A stretch of DNA of 64,000 nt from Planctomycetota bacterium (GTDB lineage: Bacteria > Planctomycetota > B15-G4). Of the stretch, positions 41,353 to 51,633 are shown piece after piece. The notes below the pieces were generated by a model that ran no database searches, was not told the origin of the DNA, and saw nothing but the letters and a program-made list of their open reading frames with translations. The position numbers were made by a program, and so were the translations under genes. Position 1 is the first letter of the stretch; every line of letters begins with the position of its first letter. The stretch is from assembly GCA_038212275.1 (NCBI GenBank), contig JBBQUR010000015.1, positions 58,828 to 122,827 of the forward strand, given 5' to 3'.

Positions 41353-41740
41353 GGCGTAGGTCATCCAAGCGCCCCCTCCCTGCCGCAGCGCCCGCGCCGT
41401 GCCCTCCCTTCGGCCATGAATGCCGCCCCGCCCGCGACACTTTGACCTTGCCCCGTTTCAGTGGACTCGGGGTTAAGCACAGTGCATGAAACTGCACGTC
41501 GAGATTGAGCGCCCCGCCGAAGCGCTGCACGAACACCACCGCGCCCGAGCGGCCGTCCGCCACGCCCTGCCGCCACGCGCGGCGGTGCTGGTCCGCGGAG
41601 AGATCGCGGCGCACGAAGGCCGGCAGCCCGGCTCGGCTCTCGCCTTGCTCCACGCGCTGCAGGAACGTCGCGAGGTGCCGCGCGACCACCTGATACAGCA
41701 ACGTGGTCTCCGGCTGGCGACGCCGGTAGCCAGCGGCTGC
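41353..41740 (-). mobile_element. Internally deleted IS91-family element plus type A end
   Basis: YRRRQPETTLLYQVV..LPAFVRR joined to GAVVFVQRFGGALNLDVQFHAL, joined to the end repeat. Confidence 0.85.
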
Positions 41741-41893
41741 GGATCCATGGCTGGGCACCGCGGCCGGAGTCGAGTCTCTGGCCCGTGCCGCGGCCACTGC
41801 GCTGACGGTCTCGGTGGCACGCGCGGACATCCCCGACCACACGACGAAGCGCAGCCATGTCCATCACCTCGGAGACCCGTGCTCGTGCCGCCG

Positions 41894-43315
41894 TCAGTTG
41901 CCCTGGATGCGCAGGCCGTTCGTGAGGGAGACGCCCTTCACGGCGCCTGCATCGATGAAGCCGGCCTGGAGGTAGATGCTCACGCCCGAGAGGACCGGGT
42001 TGGTGACCAGCACGGGCAGGGCCAGCGAGCCGGCGCCCGGCGTGCCCGGCGTGCCACCGAGAGTGAGCGGGAGCTGCAGAGCCACGCCGCCTACCAGGAA
42101 CGTTCCGCCCTTGAAGGGCACTGACGTCGGCGACGGACCAGCAAAGAGAAAGCCGCTGGCGCCGCCCACGACCGAGGTGATCGAGAGCGTGTAGGTCTCG
42201 CCGATGTCCACGCAGCCGATCGCGCCGATCACCGGCACCGGGCTGCCGAAGCCGGCCAGTCCCGTGCCGTAGGGGATCTGGAAGCCGTCGCAGGCCGGGC
42301 CGTTGGCGTCGATCTCGATCATGGTCTCGACCGGGCTGTAACCATCGCCCTGGGGCAGGGCCATGCTGGTGGGGATGACGCCGCCGAGGCCGCCGCTGCC
42401 CGCGCTGAACGTGCGGAACTGATCCAGGCTCTGGTAGCGGGTGTAAATCACCGCCTTGCCGAGGCGCCCGGACCAGCAGCCGCCATTGATATCGTTCTCA
42501 TCCGGGTTGGCCCAGCCCGTGACCGTCATCGTCACGGGGTCGAACGAGGCCAGGTTGGCCGGCGCGAACGCGCCGCCGCTGGCCATGGTGACCAGCACTT
42601 TGCCGCCCGGCATGTGGTCGAGGCTCATGATCTCCTCGAAGTTCGCCACGTTGGAGCTGGGCGCGCAAGTGACCGGGCCGTCAACGCGCAGGCCGTCGGC
42701 CGAGAGCGGAATGCGGTAGAGGCTGCCGCCGAGCGGGCCGCAGTCGGTCAGCGCCCAAAAGGCGGAGCTGCTGCCGATGAGCGAGTTCGTCGGCGCGTGG
42801 TAGAGCAGGTGCTCGACCTCGATCTGGAAGGGAGTCACGCCGTCAGCCTGCTTGAGCGTGTGGATCACGTTGTTCGCGTCGAAGTACTCGACGGTCTTCG
42901 GACCCTGCGACGAGCTGGTGTGCAGGATGAAGAAGATGCGCCCGTCGCCGGTGGACGCCAGGGCCCGCACGGAGCCCGTGACGCCCTCGATGCCCGGCAG
43001 CGCCACCTTCGTGCCGTCGTGGGACACGATCCACAGTCGCCAGTTGAAGAAGCCGTCTGGCGCAAAGGAGCAGTTGGCCACAACGCCGCCGCGATGGCTG
43101 TCGAACGTCATCACGCCGGGCCCGGTGGCCCAGCCGAGAGGCATCGCCAGTACCGCCGTGTTGCCCGTCTCGGGGTTCACGCGGCAGAGGATCTGCTGGC
43201 CGAGCATGTTGACGGTCCGCACGAGGAACTCCCCCTCGGTGAAGGGTCCGGTCTGGGCCATGGCGGGGGCCGGAAGCAGGCTCGCGGCGAGCAGCAGGGC
43301 AAGGCAGGTCTTCAT
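41894..43315 (-). CDS. Secreted beta-propeller-like protein with lineage-type C-terminal domain
   Basis: Signal peptide MKTCLALLLAA; C-terminus YLQAGFID...SLTNGL. Confidence 0.75.
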   Translation of the reverse strand: MKTCLALLLAASLLPAPAMAQTGPFTEGEFLVRTVNMLGQQILCRVNPETGNTAVLAMPLGWATGPGVMTFDSHRGGVVANCSFAPDGFFNWRLWIVSHDGTKVALPGIEGVTGSVRALASTGDGRIFFILHTSSSQGPKTVEYFDANNVIHTLKQADGVTPFQIEVEHLLYHAPTNSLIGSSSAFWALTDCGPLGGSLYRIPLSADGLRVDGPVTCAPSSNVANFEEIMSLDHMPGGKVLVTMASGGAFAPANLASFDPVTMTVTGWANPDENDINGGCWSGRLGKAVIYTRYQSLDQFRTFSAGSGGLGGVIPTSMALPQGDGYSPVETMIEIDANGPACDGFQIPYGTGLAGFGSPVPVIGAIGCVDIGETYTLSITSVVGGASGFLFAGPSPTSVPFKGGTFLVGGVALQLPLTLGGTPGTPGAGSLALPVLVTNPVLSGVSIYLQAGFIDAGAVKGVSLTNGLRIQGN

Positions 43316-43450
43316 CGGGGTCGTTCCGTTCCGGGGTGAGGAAATGGTGGGTGCCGGACGATTGTGGCATTGCGCAGCGCGAGCGCGCCGAGCGACAGCC
43401 ACCGGATCGCCTGCCCGAAGAAGCCGCGAATCGCGCCAGGCGTTACAGCC

Positions 43451-43570
43451 GGAGCGCAGGTCATTCAAGCGCCCCCCCCACCCTGCCGCAGCGTCCTTGC
43501 CGTGTCCTCGCTTCTACCGTGATTGCCGCTCCGCCCGCGATGCGGCATCGCCGCTCCCCGCTGCCCTGCG
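43451..43570 (-). mobile_element. Type A end remnant
   Basis: gcgcaggtcattcaagcgcccccccc-accctgccgcagcg at 43454-43495. Confidence 0.7.
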
Positions 43571-43817
43571 TCACGCGGGATCTGCGCATCCGCGGCTGGC
43601 ACGAGCATGCGGAGAAATTCGGGGAGCTGGCGGGCTGGGGCGCGGACGCGCCGGCGATCCTCGAGTTGCAGCGCTCGCGGCCGGAGCTCGCGGTGCCGCT
43701 GGCTGTGTCCGGCGTGCGCGCGCCGCTGCCGTACTCGGGCGCCGAGGTGGTCTGGGCCGCGCGGCGCAGGTGCGCGCGCTCGGGACGCCGGCGGAGGCGT
43801 ACATCGTCAAGGCCTGA
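43570..43817 (+). pseudogene. Glycerol-3-phosphate dehydrogenase C-terminal fragment
   Basis: LRIRGW...WGADA...LPYSGAEVVWAAR. Confidence 0.5.
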
Positions 43818-43994
43818 TCGGCCGGCCGGCGCCCAACGCCCGGCCGCGCCACGTATCGCGCCAGCGGCTCGACACCGTCGCGGCAGGCGGGCAGCACGGC
43901 GACGACGGAGACGAAAGAAGCGAGGATGCGCGCGGCGTGCGACTGAGAGACTCTGCGGGATCGCTTCACGGGTCGCGACCAGCGCACATCGTCC

Positions 43995-45341
43995 TCAATC
44001 ATTTCCGTACAGGCTCGCAATGCGCCGAGTTCCTCCCGGAACGACATGGGAACCGAGAATTTCAAGCGTCGGCACGGCGAGGACGAAGACGCGAGACGAC
44101 TGATCCGTGGAATCCAAATGACCCGCTTCCCCGATGACGAGCAGCCGGTCCTGCGGCGCGACGTCGCTCCAGACAAACTCGGGGCTCGTGGTGAACACGA
44201 GATCCCTGAACACAAGGTCCACGGGCAGCGCGGCCGGATCGATGGCGACCGGTTTCAGGTCGCCATCGAGGCCTTCGGTGAGCAGTCCGAGGAAGTGTTC
44301 GCCCATCAAGGCCACGCACGAATCCGTCCACTCCACCCGAATGTGAGAGAGGATGATTCCGTCGGGGAGCGACAACTCCCTGACGCGCCACGGTTCGGGC
44401 TCGAGAGGATGGTCTTCACCGAGGGAGGGAGCCCAGCGAGGGTGATCATCGCGCACGAGCCGGCAACGCGCGACCGCCATGCGGCCGTCGGAGCGCTCGA
44501 TGAGAGCATAGAGGACGCCACGACCGGGCGGCATCGCGACATCGACCACCCTGTCGCCCTCGCCAAGGATGCTTGACGGCAGCGACGGCAGGCTGACGTT
44601 CTCGTTCATCACGCACGGCGACACCGCGCCGGCCTTGAGAGCGAAGGCGAACCAGACGCCGAATCCGTTGCTCCACAACGCGCTGTTGCAAAGGATGCCA
44701 TCGGGCGCGATGGACAGATTGCATTGGAGATCCGTGGTCATCGTGAAGGACGTATCCGACTCACCCGCCGTGACCGTAGGAATGGCGCGCCGGAGTTGCC
44801 ACGGTTCCTCATCGGAGTCACGCTCGATGGTGACAAGGTCGATGGCGTCCGCGATGTGCGCGACCTGCCTCCCGGTCCACACCGCTCGCAGCTTCTGACC
44901 CGCATGCCTGTCCTGCCTCCGGTCGGGACGTGGATGCATCGCTCCCGAAGTCGTTCCGGGTGCGAGCGCCCACTCCTCTCCCTCGACCAGCCCGCTCAGC
45001 GGCTTCCCGGACGAGGCGAAGAGGCGCTCGACGCGATCGTCCACCAGCGCGAACACCGTGGTCACGCCACCTCCTCTGTCTGGCAGGCGCGCGACGTCGC
45101 GCACCTTTCGGCTCGGAGCGAACCAGGTCGTGACATCGCCGTTGCTGGCGTTCACTCGATGGAGGCCGTCGCCGAAGACCAGAAAATCGAAGCTCGGGGC
45201 CGAGTCTGGCACCGCCGCCCGGGTCTCCATCCCGTCGGGCGTCTGCGCAACTGCGTTGGAGGCGGTCGCGCTCGCGAGCAGCAACCCCAGCGTGAGCGCC
45301 GCTCGAGTGGCGCCCTGCGCCAGAATCTGCACGAGAGTCAT
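43995..45341 (-). CDS. Secreted hypothetical protein
   Basis: SD-like GGAGAGG before ATG, signal peptide, long ORF of lower GC. Confidence 0.65.
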   Translation of the reverse strand: MTLVQILAQGATRAALTLGLLLASATASNAVAQTPDGMETRAAVPDSAPSFDFLVFGDGLHRVNASNGDVTTWFAPSRKVRDVARLPDRGGGVTTVFALVDDRVERLFASSGKPLSGLVEGEEWALAPGTTSGAMHPRPDRRQDRHAGQKLRAVWTGRQVAHIADAIDLVTIERDSDEEPWQLRRAIPTVTAGESDTSFTMTTDLQCNLSIAPDGILCNSALWSNGFGVWFAFALKAGAVSPCVMNENVSLPSLPSSILGEGDRVVDVAMPPGRGVLYALIERSDGRMAVARCRLVRDDHPRWAPSLGEDHPLEPEPWRVRELSLPDGIILSHIRVEWTDSCVALMGEHFLGLLTEGLDGDLKPVAIDPAALPVDLVFRDLVFTTSPEFVWSDVAPQDRLLVIGEAGHLDSTDQSSRVFVLAVPTLEILGSHVVPGGTRRIASLYGND

Positions 45342-45756
45342 CTCGTTCCTCTCCTGTCGTCGTCGGGAAGGCGGACTGAGTATAGGTGTCTCGATCGAGG
45401 CGCCAGTTACTCCAGGGAAGCTCGTGACCGCCGCAGGTACGGCGTCCACGCGACCGGTGGATCGAGTGGCGCGATTGGAACTGCGGGTATGAATCCTGGG
45501 GTGACTCAGCGTCATTTCGTTGCTTGGAGTCGGCACAATCCTGATGACGTCGCCAGTGAGTCGGCCGCCTTCCAAAGTGATCAGCAGCCCGGTCGCTGAC
45601 GAGCCACCCGAGGCGGTTCCTGATGTGCTGCGCGCACGCGCGGTGGAGATGGTGGATCCGCAGGGGCGTGTTGTTGTACGCCTCGGTGCCGCACACGGGA
45701 CACATTCCGACTCACATGGTGGCTTCCTGGAGGTCTTCCCGCCGCCAATCCTCAGA

Positions 45757-46215
45757 GTGCGTAGGCATTTCAAGCGACCCCCGCCCTCCCGCAGCGCCCG
45801 CGCCGAGTCCTGCCTCCGGCCATGAATGCCTCCCCGTCCGCGACACGGCGTCACCGCTCCCCGCTCCACGGCGCCCGCGCCCGGCTCCAGGCGCAGACAT
45901 CCCGGCCCGGGTTGTCCGTTCTGCCGCCCCTCGCGCAGACCCGCTCCGCTCACGTCCCTTGCGATGCGCTGACCAAGTCCCTGCACGCTTGGCTTCTCAC
46001 CTCACCATGCAAATCCCGGTGGCGGCGGCGCAGGATGCCGCATCGGCACATGGGCCAGCAGCCCCAGCGAGGTCAGGATCGCGGTGACCACCGCGGGCTG
46101 CGTGAGCGCCGCCAGGATCACGCGCCGGCCGCCGCAGCCAGGGCAATGCAGCATGTCCAGCGCGAACACGCGCTTCTTCAGCTCGGCCCACGGGTAGCGC
46201 CGCGCGTGCGAGGCA
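45757..46215 (-). mobile_element. IS91-family C-terminal remnant plus type A end
   Basis: RYPWAELKKRVFALDMLHCPGCGGRR.ILAALT; end reads gcttgaaatgcctacgc on the minus strand. Confidence 0.85.
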
Positions 46216-46520
46216 GGGTGCCTTCAGCGACACGCAGAGCCCCGCGCGCTGGAATCCGCGCCCCATGAGCGCAGCACCCGGGCAGGCATCACTCTTCGGC
46301 GCCGAGCAAGAGCCGGACAGCGCTCAGGCAGGCGCCGACGGCGGACCCGGAACCTCGCGCCCCGCTCGCTCGTCGCTGCCCGGCCGCACCGCGCTCCCCG
46401 CGCTCCCCGCGCGGCCCGACGCGCGGCCCGCGCGCGCGCCGGCCGCGACCGACAGCGGCAAGACCTCGCCGAGGATGGAGCGGTCTCTGCGCGCCGGACG
46501 ATGTCGTCTCGTGGTCGGCC

Positions 46521-46943
46521 TTGCTCACGTCGGAGGGGGCATGTTCGGTGCTCGTCGAGCACTGGAACGAGGAGCGGAACAAGTGGGTCGGCACGGGCGA
46601 AGTGCGGCCGGCACTGACGGCCGCGCCATGCGAGGCGCTGCGCGACGCGATGCAGGCGAACAGCTTCACGCAACTGGTTTCCCTGCTCCCCGAGGGCGAC
46701 GGAGGCAAGGCCTGTCCAGCGGTCGTGTGCAGTGACCTCGACACGATGTCGCTGGAACTCATCGCCGGTGGCGCGTCGCATCGCGTCGAGGTCTGCGGCC
46801 CCGCGCTGGCCGCGCAGGATCCCGACAACCCGCACCGCGCGGACGTGCAGCGCTTCCTCGTCGTCGTGACGCAGCTGATGCGCTGCGTGGCCTCGCCCAC
46901 CGCCCACCAGACCTCGGCGGACGACGAGCCGCTGCTGCGCTGA
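46521..46943 (+). CDS. Hypothetical protein, probably 5'-truncated
   Basis: Protein-like ORF with no clear start. Confidence 0.4.
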   Translation: MLTSEGACSVLVEHWNEERNKWVGTGEVRPALTAAPCEALRDAMQANSFTQLVSLLPEGDGGKACPAVVCSDLDTMSLELIAGGASHRVEVCGPALAAQDPDNPHRADVQRFLVVVTQLMRCVASPTAHQTSADDEPLLR

Positions 46944-47008
46944 GGCCAACTCGGTGGCGGTCTCCGGAGCCGCGCTGTGCCGCGGCGCCGGAGCTCCGCA
47001 CGCGCGGC

Positions 47009-48949
47009 TCATTGGATCGTCGCGAAGACCGGGTTGGAGAGGTTGCCGGCGCTGGTGGACATGTTGCTGGCCAGGCCCAGCTCCTGCACCACGAGCGGCA
47101 GCGGCACGGGCAGGTCGGCCGGGATCGCAATGGGCAACGTGCTCGGCACGGGGAGCCACGCGACGAGGATGTACGGCGCGCCGAGGTTCACGAACAGCGG
47201 GCCGAAGGTCTTGAACGCCGCCTCGGTCGGCACGACGCCGATGAACAGGTAGGTGCTGAGGCCTGCCGTGCCGGTCGTGGTGAAAGTCATGCTGCCGCCC
47301 GGCGTCAGCGTGCCGCTCAGCGCGAGGTGCACGCGGTCGAACTCGTGCGCGCCCATGTCGACGACGCGCAGCTTGTCGAGGTTGCCATCCATCAGGCGCG
47401 GGAAGCCCGCGATGTCGAGGCCCGTGGGCGCGTCGGCCGGGTCGCCGGCGTCGATGCAGGGCGACGTCGGCTGCAGCGTGAGGTCGCCGCTCGCGAGGTC
47501 GGTGAACTTCGGGTCGCTGACGATGTTGCCCAGCAGGCCGTTGAAGGTCACGGAGCCGTCGCCGTCGATCCACTGGCCCAGGTTGAAGGCCGACACGTCG
47601 GTGCCGTTGGCCCACGCGATCGAGCTGTGCACCGAGCCGGTCCACGCCGGCGCGTTGCGGATGAAGCCCACGCCGGAGTTGCCGGCCGACGTGCAACGCA
47701 GCAGATTGAAGGCCCCGCCCTGCATCACGAAGCCGCTGCCGCAGTTCCACGCGACGAGATCCGTGCCCGGACCCGCGAGATCCTGCAGCCAGAAGCCCCA
47801 GAACGCGCTGTGCTCGGTGCGCACGTCATGCAGGCTCAGCAGCGGCGAGTTGCTGTACAGGCCGGCGCTCCCGCCGTAGCCGAACCAGCGCTGCAGCAGG
47901 TGACTGATGGTCGAGGGCGCGGCGGCGGCGCTCACGTTGATGCCGAGCCAGTCGCTGTTCCCCGGCACGCTCGCGACGCCGTCCGCATTGCTGTCGCCGT
48001 CGATCGTGTCGTCCTTGGCCGAGGTCAGGACGATCGGATCGACCGCCGTGCCCTGCCAGTCCACGGCGCCGCCGTTCACATTCACCTGCGCGGTGCCGCC
48101 GAATTTGATGTGCGTTCCCGGCAGCAGGTGCAGCGTGCCGCCGGTGTTCACCGCGATGTTGCCGGCCATGACCAGCGAGCCGCCGAGGATGTTGTGCGGG
48201 CCGATGGTGATGGAGCTGTTGATCGTCGTTCCGTTGATGAACATGACGTTGCCGCCGGCATTGCCGCTGGCCGAGTTGTCGAGAAACGCCGGCACCTCGT
48301 TGAGGTCGATGTTCGTGATGGCGACCAGGGCGTTGTCATCGATCTGGCAGTGGCTCACGGAGGGATGGGTCGGGCCAAAGGCGAAGTTCATGCCGTAGCC
48401 CGAGCCGTGGCGCACCGAGCTGTTGCTGACCGTGAGGCCCGCGGTGGGTGCGTCGGTGTTCACGCCCGTCGTCGCGTAGCGGATGTCGGCGTGGTCCACG
48501 ACGCTGGCGCCAGAGCCGGCGTGGAACATCAGGCCCATCCAGGCGCCGGGTGCCGGTGCGGTGGAGTTGCCGTCGCCGTTCGTGTCGCCGCCGGCCGTGT
48601 CGTCCTTGATCGTGGTGAAAACGACGGGCGCGAGCGCCGTGCCGTTCACGTGCAACGTGCCGGTGACACCGATTAGGAACACGCCGTTGAACTTGAGAAT
48701 GGCGCCCGGCTGGATGGTGAGCATCTTGCCGGCCGCCACCGTGAGGCTGCCGGTGACCTGGTGCACGCCGGGCGTGACCGGCCCGGTGGTGTCATCGGAG
48801 AGCGCACCGTTCAGCGACTGCGCGCGCGTCGCCGGGGCGAGGAAGAGCAGGCCGAGAGCCGACGCGAGGCAGCAGGTCCGAAGCGACCGGCGGCCGAAGG
48901 AACGGAAGGACGGACGAAGGGGCGAACAAACGAACGGACGGAACGACAT
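47009..48949 (-). CDS. Secreted right-handed beta-helix / choice-of-anchor-like protein
   Basis: LTIQPGAILKF, PVVFTTIKDD..GGDTNGDG twice, DPKF...SPCIDAG, DMGAHE. Confidence 0.82.
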   Translation of the reverse strand: MSFRPFVCSPLRPSFRSFGRRSLRTCCLASALGLLFLAPATRAQSLNGALSDDTTGPVTPGVHQVTGSLTVAAGKMLTIQPGAILKFNGVFLIGVTGTLHVNGTALAPVVFTTIKDDTAGGDTNGDGNSTAPAPGAWMGLMFHAGSGASVVDHADIRYATTGVNTDAPTAGLTVSNSSVRHGSGYGMNFAFGPTHPSVSHCQIDDNALVAITNIDLNEVPAFLDNSASGNAGGNVMFINGTTINSSITIGPHNILGGSLVMAGNIAVNTGGTLHLLPGTHIKFGGTAQVNVNGGAVDWQGTAVDPIVLTSAKDDTIDGDSNADGVASVPGNSDWLGINVSAAAAPSTISHLLQRWFGYGGSAGLYSNSPLLSLHDVRTEHSAFWGFWLQDLAGPGTDLVAWNCGSGFVMQGGAFNLLRCTSAGNSGVGFIRNAPAWTGSVHSSIAWANGTDVSAFNLGQWIDGDGSVTFNGLLGNIVSDPKFTDLASGDLTLQPTSPCIDAGDPADAPTGLDIAGFPRLMDGNLDKLRVVDMGAHEFDRVHLALSGTLTPGGSMTFTTTGTAGLSTYLFIGVVPTEAAFKTFGPLFVNLGAPYILVAWLPVPSTLPIAIPADLPVPLPLVVQELGLASNMSTSAGNLSNPVFATIQ

Positions 48950-49494
48950 GGTGAACTCCGGGGAGGAACGACTCAGTTCTCAATCCGGAGCGCGCTGTCG
49001 GTGTCTCGCGGACAATCCGCGCCGACCGCGCGCTGCTGGAGCGGCCGTCCCAGGGCGCGATCGAGGTCGGCGCGGTGCGTGCGGCTCTGGGAACTGGCCG
49101 ATGCGCTGCTCGACCGGCACGACGAGATGAGCGACTTCGCGTCCAAGGCGCTGGCCGCCGTCGCGCGGCGGGCGCACCGGAGCACGAGCCGCCGCGTCGA
49201 CTGGGAACCGGCGCGCGACACGCTGCGACGGCTCACGGACGGGACCAACCTGTTCGAGTTCGACACGCTCGTCGAGGTGCTCGTGCTCACGGACGTGTCG
49301 CCGCGGCTCGCGGCCCCGTTGCTCAGCGGCGGCGGCGGCGACCTTCTGCTGGCTGCGGCCGGCTCCTCGGACCGCGTGACCCGCGAGCATGCCCGTGCCC
49401 GCGGAGGCGCCCTCGCGCTGAGCATCGCGCGCGGCATCGCGCACCGGGCCCCACCCCATGTCCGCTGTCACTGATCGGCCGCGCGACCGTTGCG

Positions 49495-49625
49495 GGGGCG
49501 TAGGTCATCCAAGCGCGTGGCGCAGGTGATTCGTGCCGGGGACGGAGCGCAGGCCCGGTGCCGGAGGAGACACGCGGCGAGCGCCGGGGCAGGGAGGGGG
49601 CGTTTGAAATACCTACGCCCCTCCC
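49495..49625. mobile_element. About 130-bp unit with two outward-facing type A ends
   Basis: ggggcgtaggtcatccaagcgc at the left; ggggcgtttgaaatacctacgcccc at the right. Confidence 0.7.
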
Positions 49626-49698
49626 GACGCTGGCCGAGGATCTCGGGCGGGACTGATCGCCACGCCTCGCGGGCGGCGCGTTCGGATACGCTCGCCGC

Positions 49699-50436
49699 AT
49701 GCGCACCGCACGCGCCGTGCTGTCGCTGCTCGTCCTGCCGGCCGCAGCCTGCCGGTCGGTCGTGGTGTCGCCCGCCGTGCTGCGCGAGCCGGCCGACCGC
49801 GCCACCGACCGCGCCGCGGCGCTCACTCGCTGGGCCGACGCGGTGGCGCTCGCGAACGACTTCCTCGCGTCGCCGTGGCGACGCACGCTGCCGGCGGGGC
49901 GCGTCGAGCTGACCGACGACGGCATGCGCTTCACGTCGGACGGCGGCTGCAGGTGGCCGCTCACCGTCTGGTCGACCACGTGGGGCGACCTGGCCGTAGC
50001 GACGGGAGCGCGTGCGCAGGAGTGCGACGGCGGCTTCCGCGTGGGCTCCATCGACACGCCGGAGGGCGAGGCGGCCGACCCGCTGCTCGACAACACCTTC
50101 TTCAGCTTCGAGGACGGCTCGTGGCACGACGCGGAGTCACTGGCGCGAGTCACGCTGCACGAGGCCACGCACGTCTTGTCTCGCACGGGCACGGTTGGCG
50201 CGTGGAATACGCTGGCGTACTACGTGGTGGCGGTGGTCACGCTGAGCAGCGCGCACCACCCGGCCGAAGACCGGCCGCGCGCGACCAGCGAGGAGTTCGC
50301 CTGGTTCGCCCTGCCGCGGACGACCGATCCGGAATATCTCGACACGCTGGAGGCCGTCCGCGACGAGCACATGGCCTCGCCGCACGATCACTGCGAGCAC
50401 GGCCCGTTTCCCGAACCGCCGTGTGGAGACGGGTGA
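49699..50436 (+). CDS. Lipoprotein with HExxH zinc-binding motif
   Basis: AAAC lipobox; TLHEATHV. Confidence 0.7.
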   Translation: MRTARAVLSLLVLPAAACRSVVVSPAVLREPADRATDRAAALTRWADAVALANDFLASPWRRTLPAGRVELTDDGMRFTSDGGCRWPLTVWSTTWGDLAVATGARAQECDGGFRVGSIDTPEGEAADPLLDNTFFSFEDGSWHDAESLARVTLHEATHVLSRTGTVGAWNTLAYYVVAVVTLSSAHHPAEDRPRATSEEFAWFALPRTTDPEYLDTLEAVRDEHMASPHDHCEHGPFPEPPCGDG

Positions 50437-50599
50437 GTCACATGAAGATGTGGCTCGTGCGACGCGGGGGCACGATGGACTAGATCCGGCCGATCCGGCT
50501 TCCGATCTCTGCGGACATGGCACGCCGCTCACGCAATGTCCGCTCGCTCTTCACGCTCGCCGAGTGGACGCCGCTCGCGGAGCGGGGCGACGTCGAGCG

Positions 50600-50989
50600 T
50601 CACGCCCTGAGCAAGCGCTGCATGCCGCGCGCGAGCAGCACGCCGAGCAACGCGGCAACCGTGCCGATGCCGCCGGCGATGGCCACCTCGAACGGCCACA
50701 GATTGTGCGAGGTCGGGTCGCGGCCGGTCTCGATCGCCACGCGCAGCATGACGGCCAGCACGAAGCCGGCCGTGACCGCGAGCACCGGCGTGCGCACGCG
50801 CGCGCGCAGCATCCAGCCTGCGAGCAGTCCCGCGAGCGCACCCAGCACCAGCCAGGTCATCCCGGACGGGCTGGAAGGCATGCTCACCTCGCTGTACGGG
50901 ATGGGCCACAGCGGCAGCCCGCACGCGAGGCAGCCTGCGAGCATCGCGACCGACACCTGAATGGCCTTCGACATCCGCTGCTCCGTCAT
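50600..50989 (-). CDS. Small four-TM membrane protein
   Basis: DPTSHNLWPFEV motif and hydrophobic helices. Confidence 0.75.
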   Translation of the reverse strand: MTEQRMSKAIQVSVAMLAGCLACGLPLWPIPYSEVSMPSSPSGMTWLVLGALAGLLAGWMLRARVRTPVLAVTAGFVLAVMLRVAIETGRDPTSHNLWPFEVAIAGGIGTVAALLGVLLARGMQRLLRA

Positions 50990-51259
50990 GGCGAGGGCGC
51001 CCCGCGCGGATCGGCAACCCGCGACCAGCCTCTCCATCGGACGCAGAGCCTGCGCCAGTGAAGTCCGCCGGTGGCGGGGCGCGGCTCGTGCGGGCGGCGT
51101 GTGCCCGGCGGGCCCGCCCGCAGGCCCATGAATGGATCGGCGGTCAGCGACTGCGCATGAGCTCGGGCAAATGCTCGGGCCGGGGTGAGTCGGGCCCCTC
51201 ACGACTCGGACCTCACAATCCCCGTGTCGCGGTTCAGGTCACGAACGTGCGTCGCGAGC

Positions 51260-51465
51260 GGCGTAAGTCATCCAGGTGCCCCCCCACCCTGCCGCAGCGC
51301 GCGCAGTGCAGCACGTCCACCGTGAAGACGCGCTTCATCAGCTCGGCCCACGGGTCGCGGCGCGCGTGCGGGGCGGCGCAGCGTCCACCGCGACCATCCC
51401 GCCTCGCGCGCAACGGCCGCCCCGAGCGCGCCGACTTCCCCGCCCGCGGCACGATCGCCGCCCGG
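51260..51465 (-). mobile_element. IS91-family remnant plus degenerate type A end
   Basis: RDPWAELMKRVFTVDVLHCARCG; near-identical to 58347-58536. Confidence 0.8.
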
Positions 51466-51633
51466 AGCTCCAGCAGCTACGTGAGCGGCATCCGCTTCGG
51501 CCCCGGCGACGAACTGCTCGTCGGCCCCGCCGGCCGTGACGTCGAGTGGGCCGCACTGCGCGGCGTCTTCTTGCCGAGCCTCTGAGGCGCGCCGACCCGG
51601 CGGACGAGCCCGACACGACGACCAACTCCCCGG

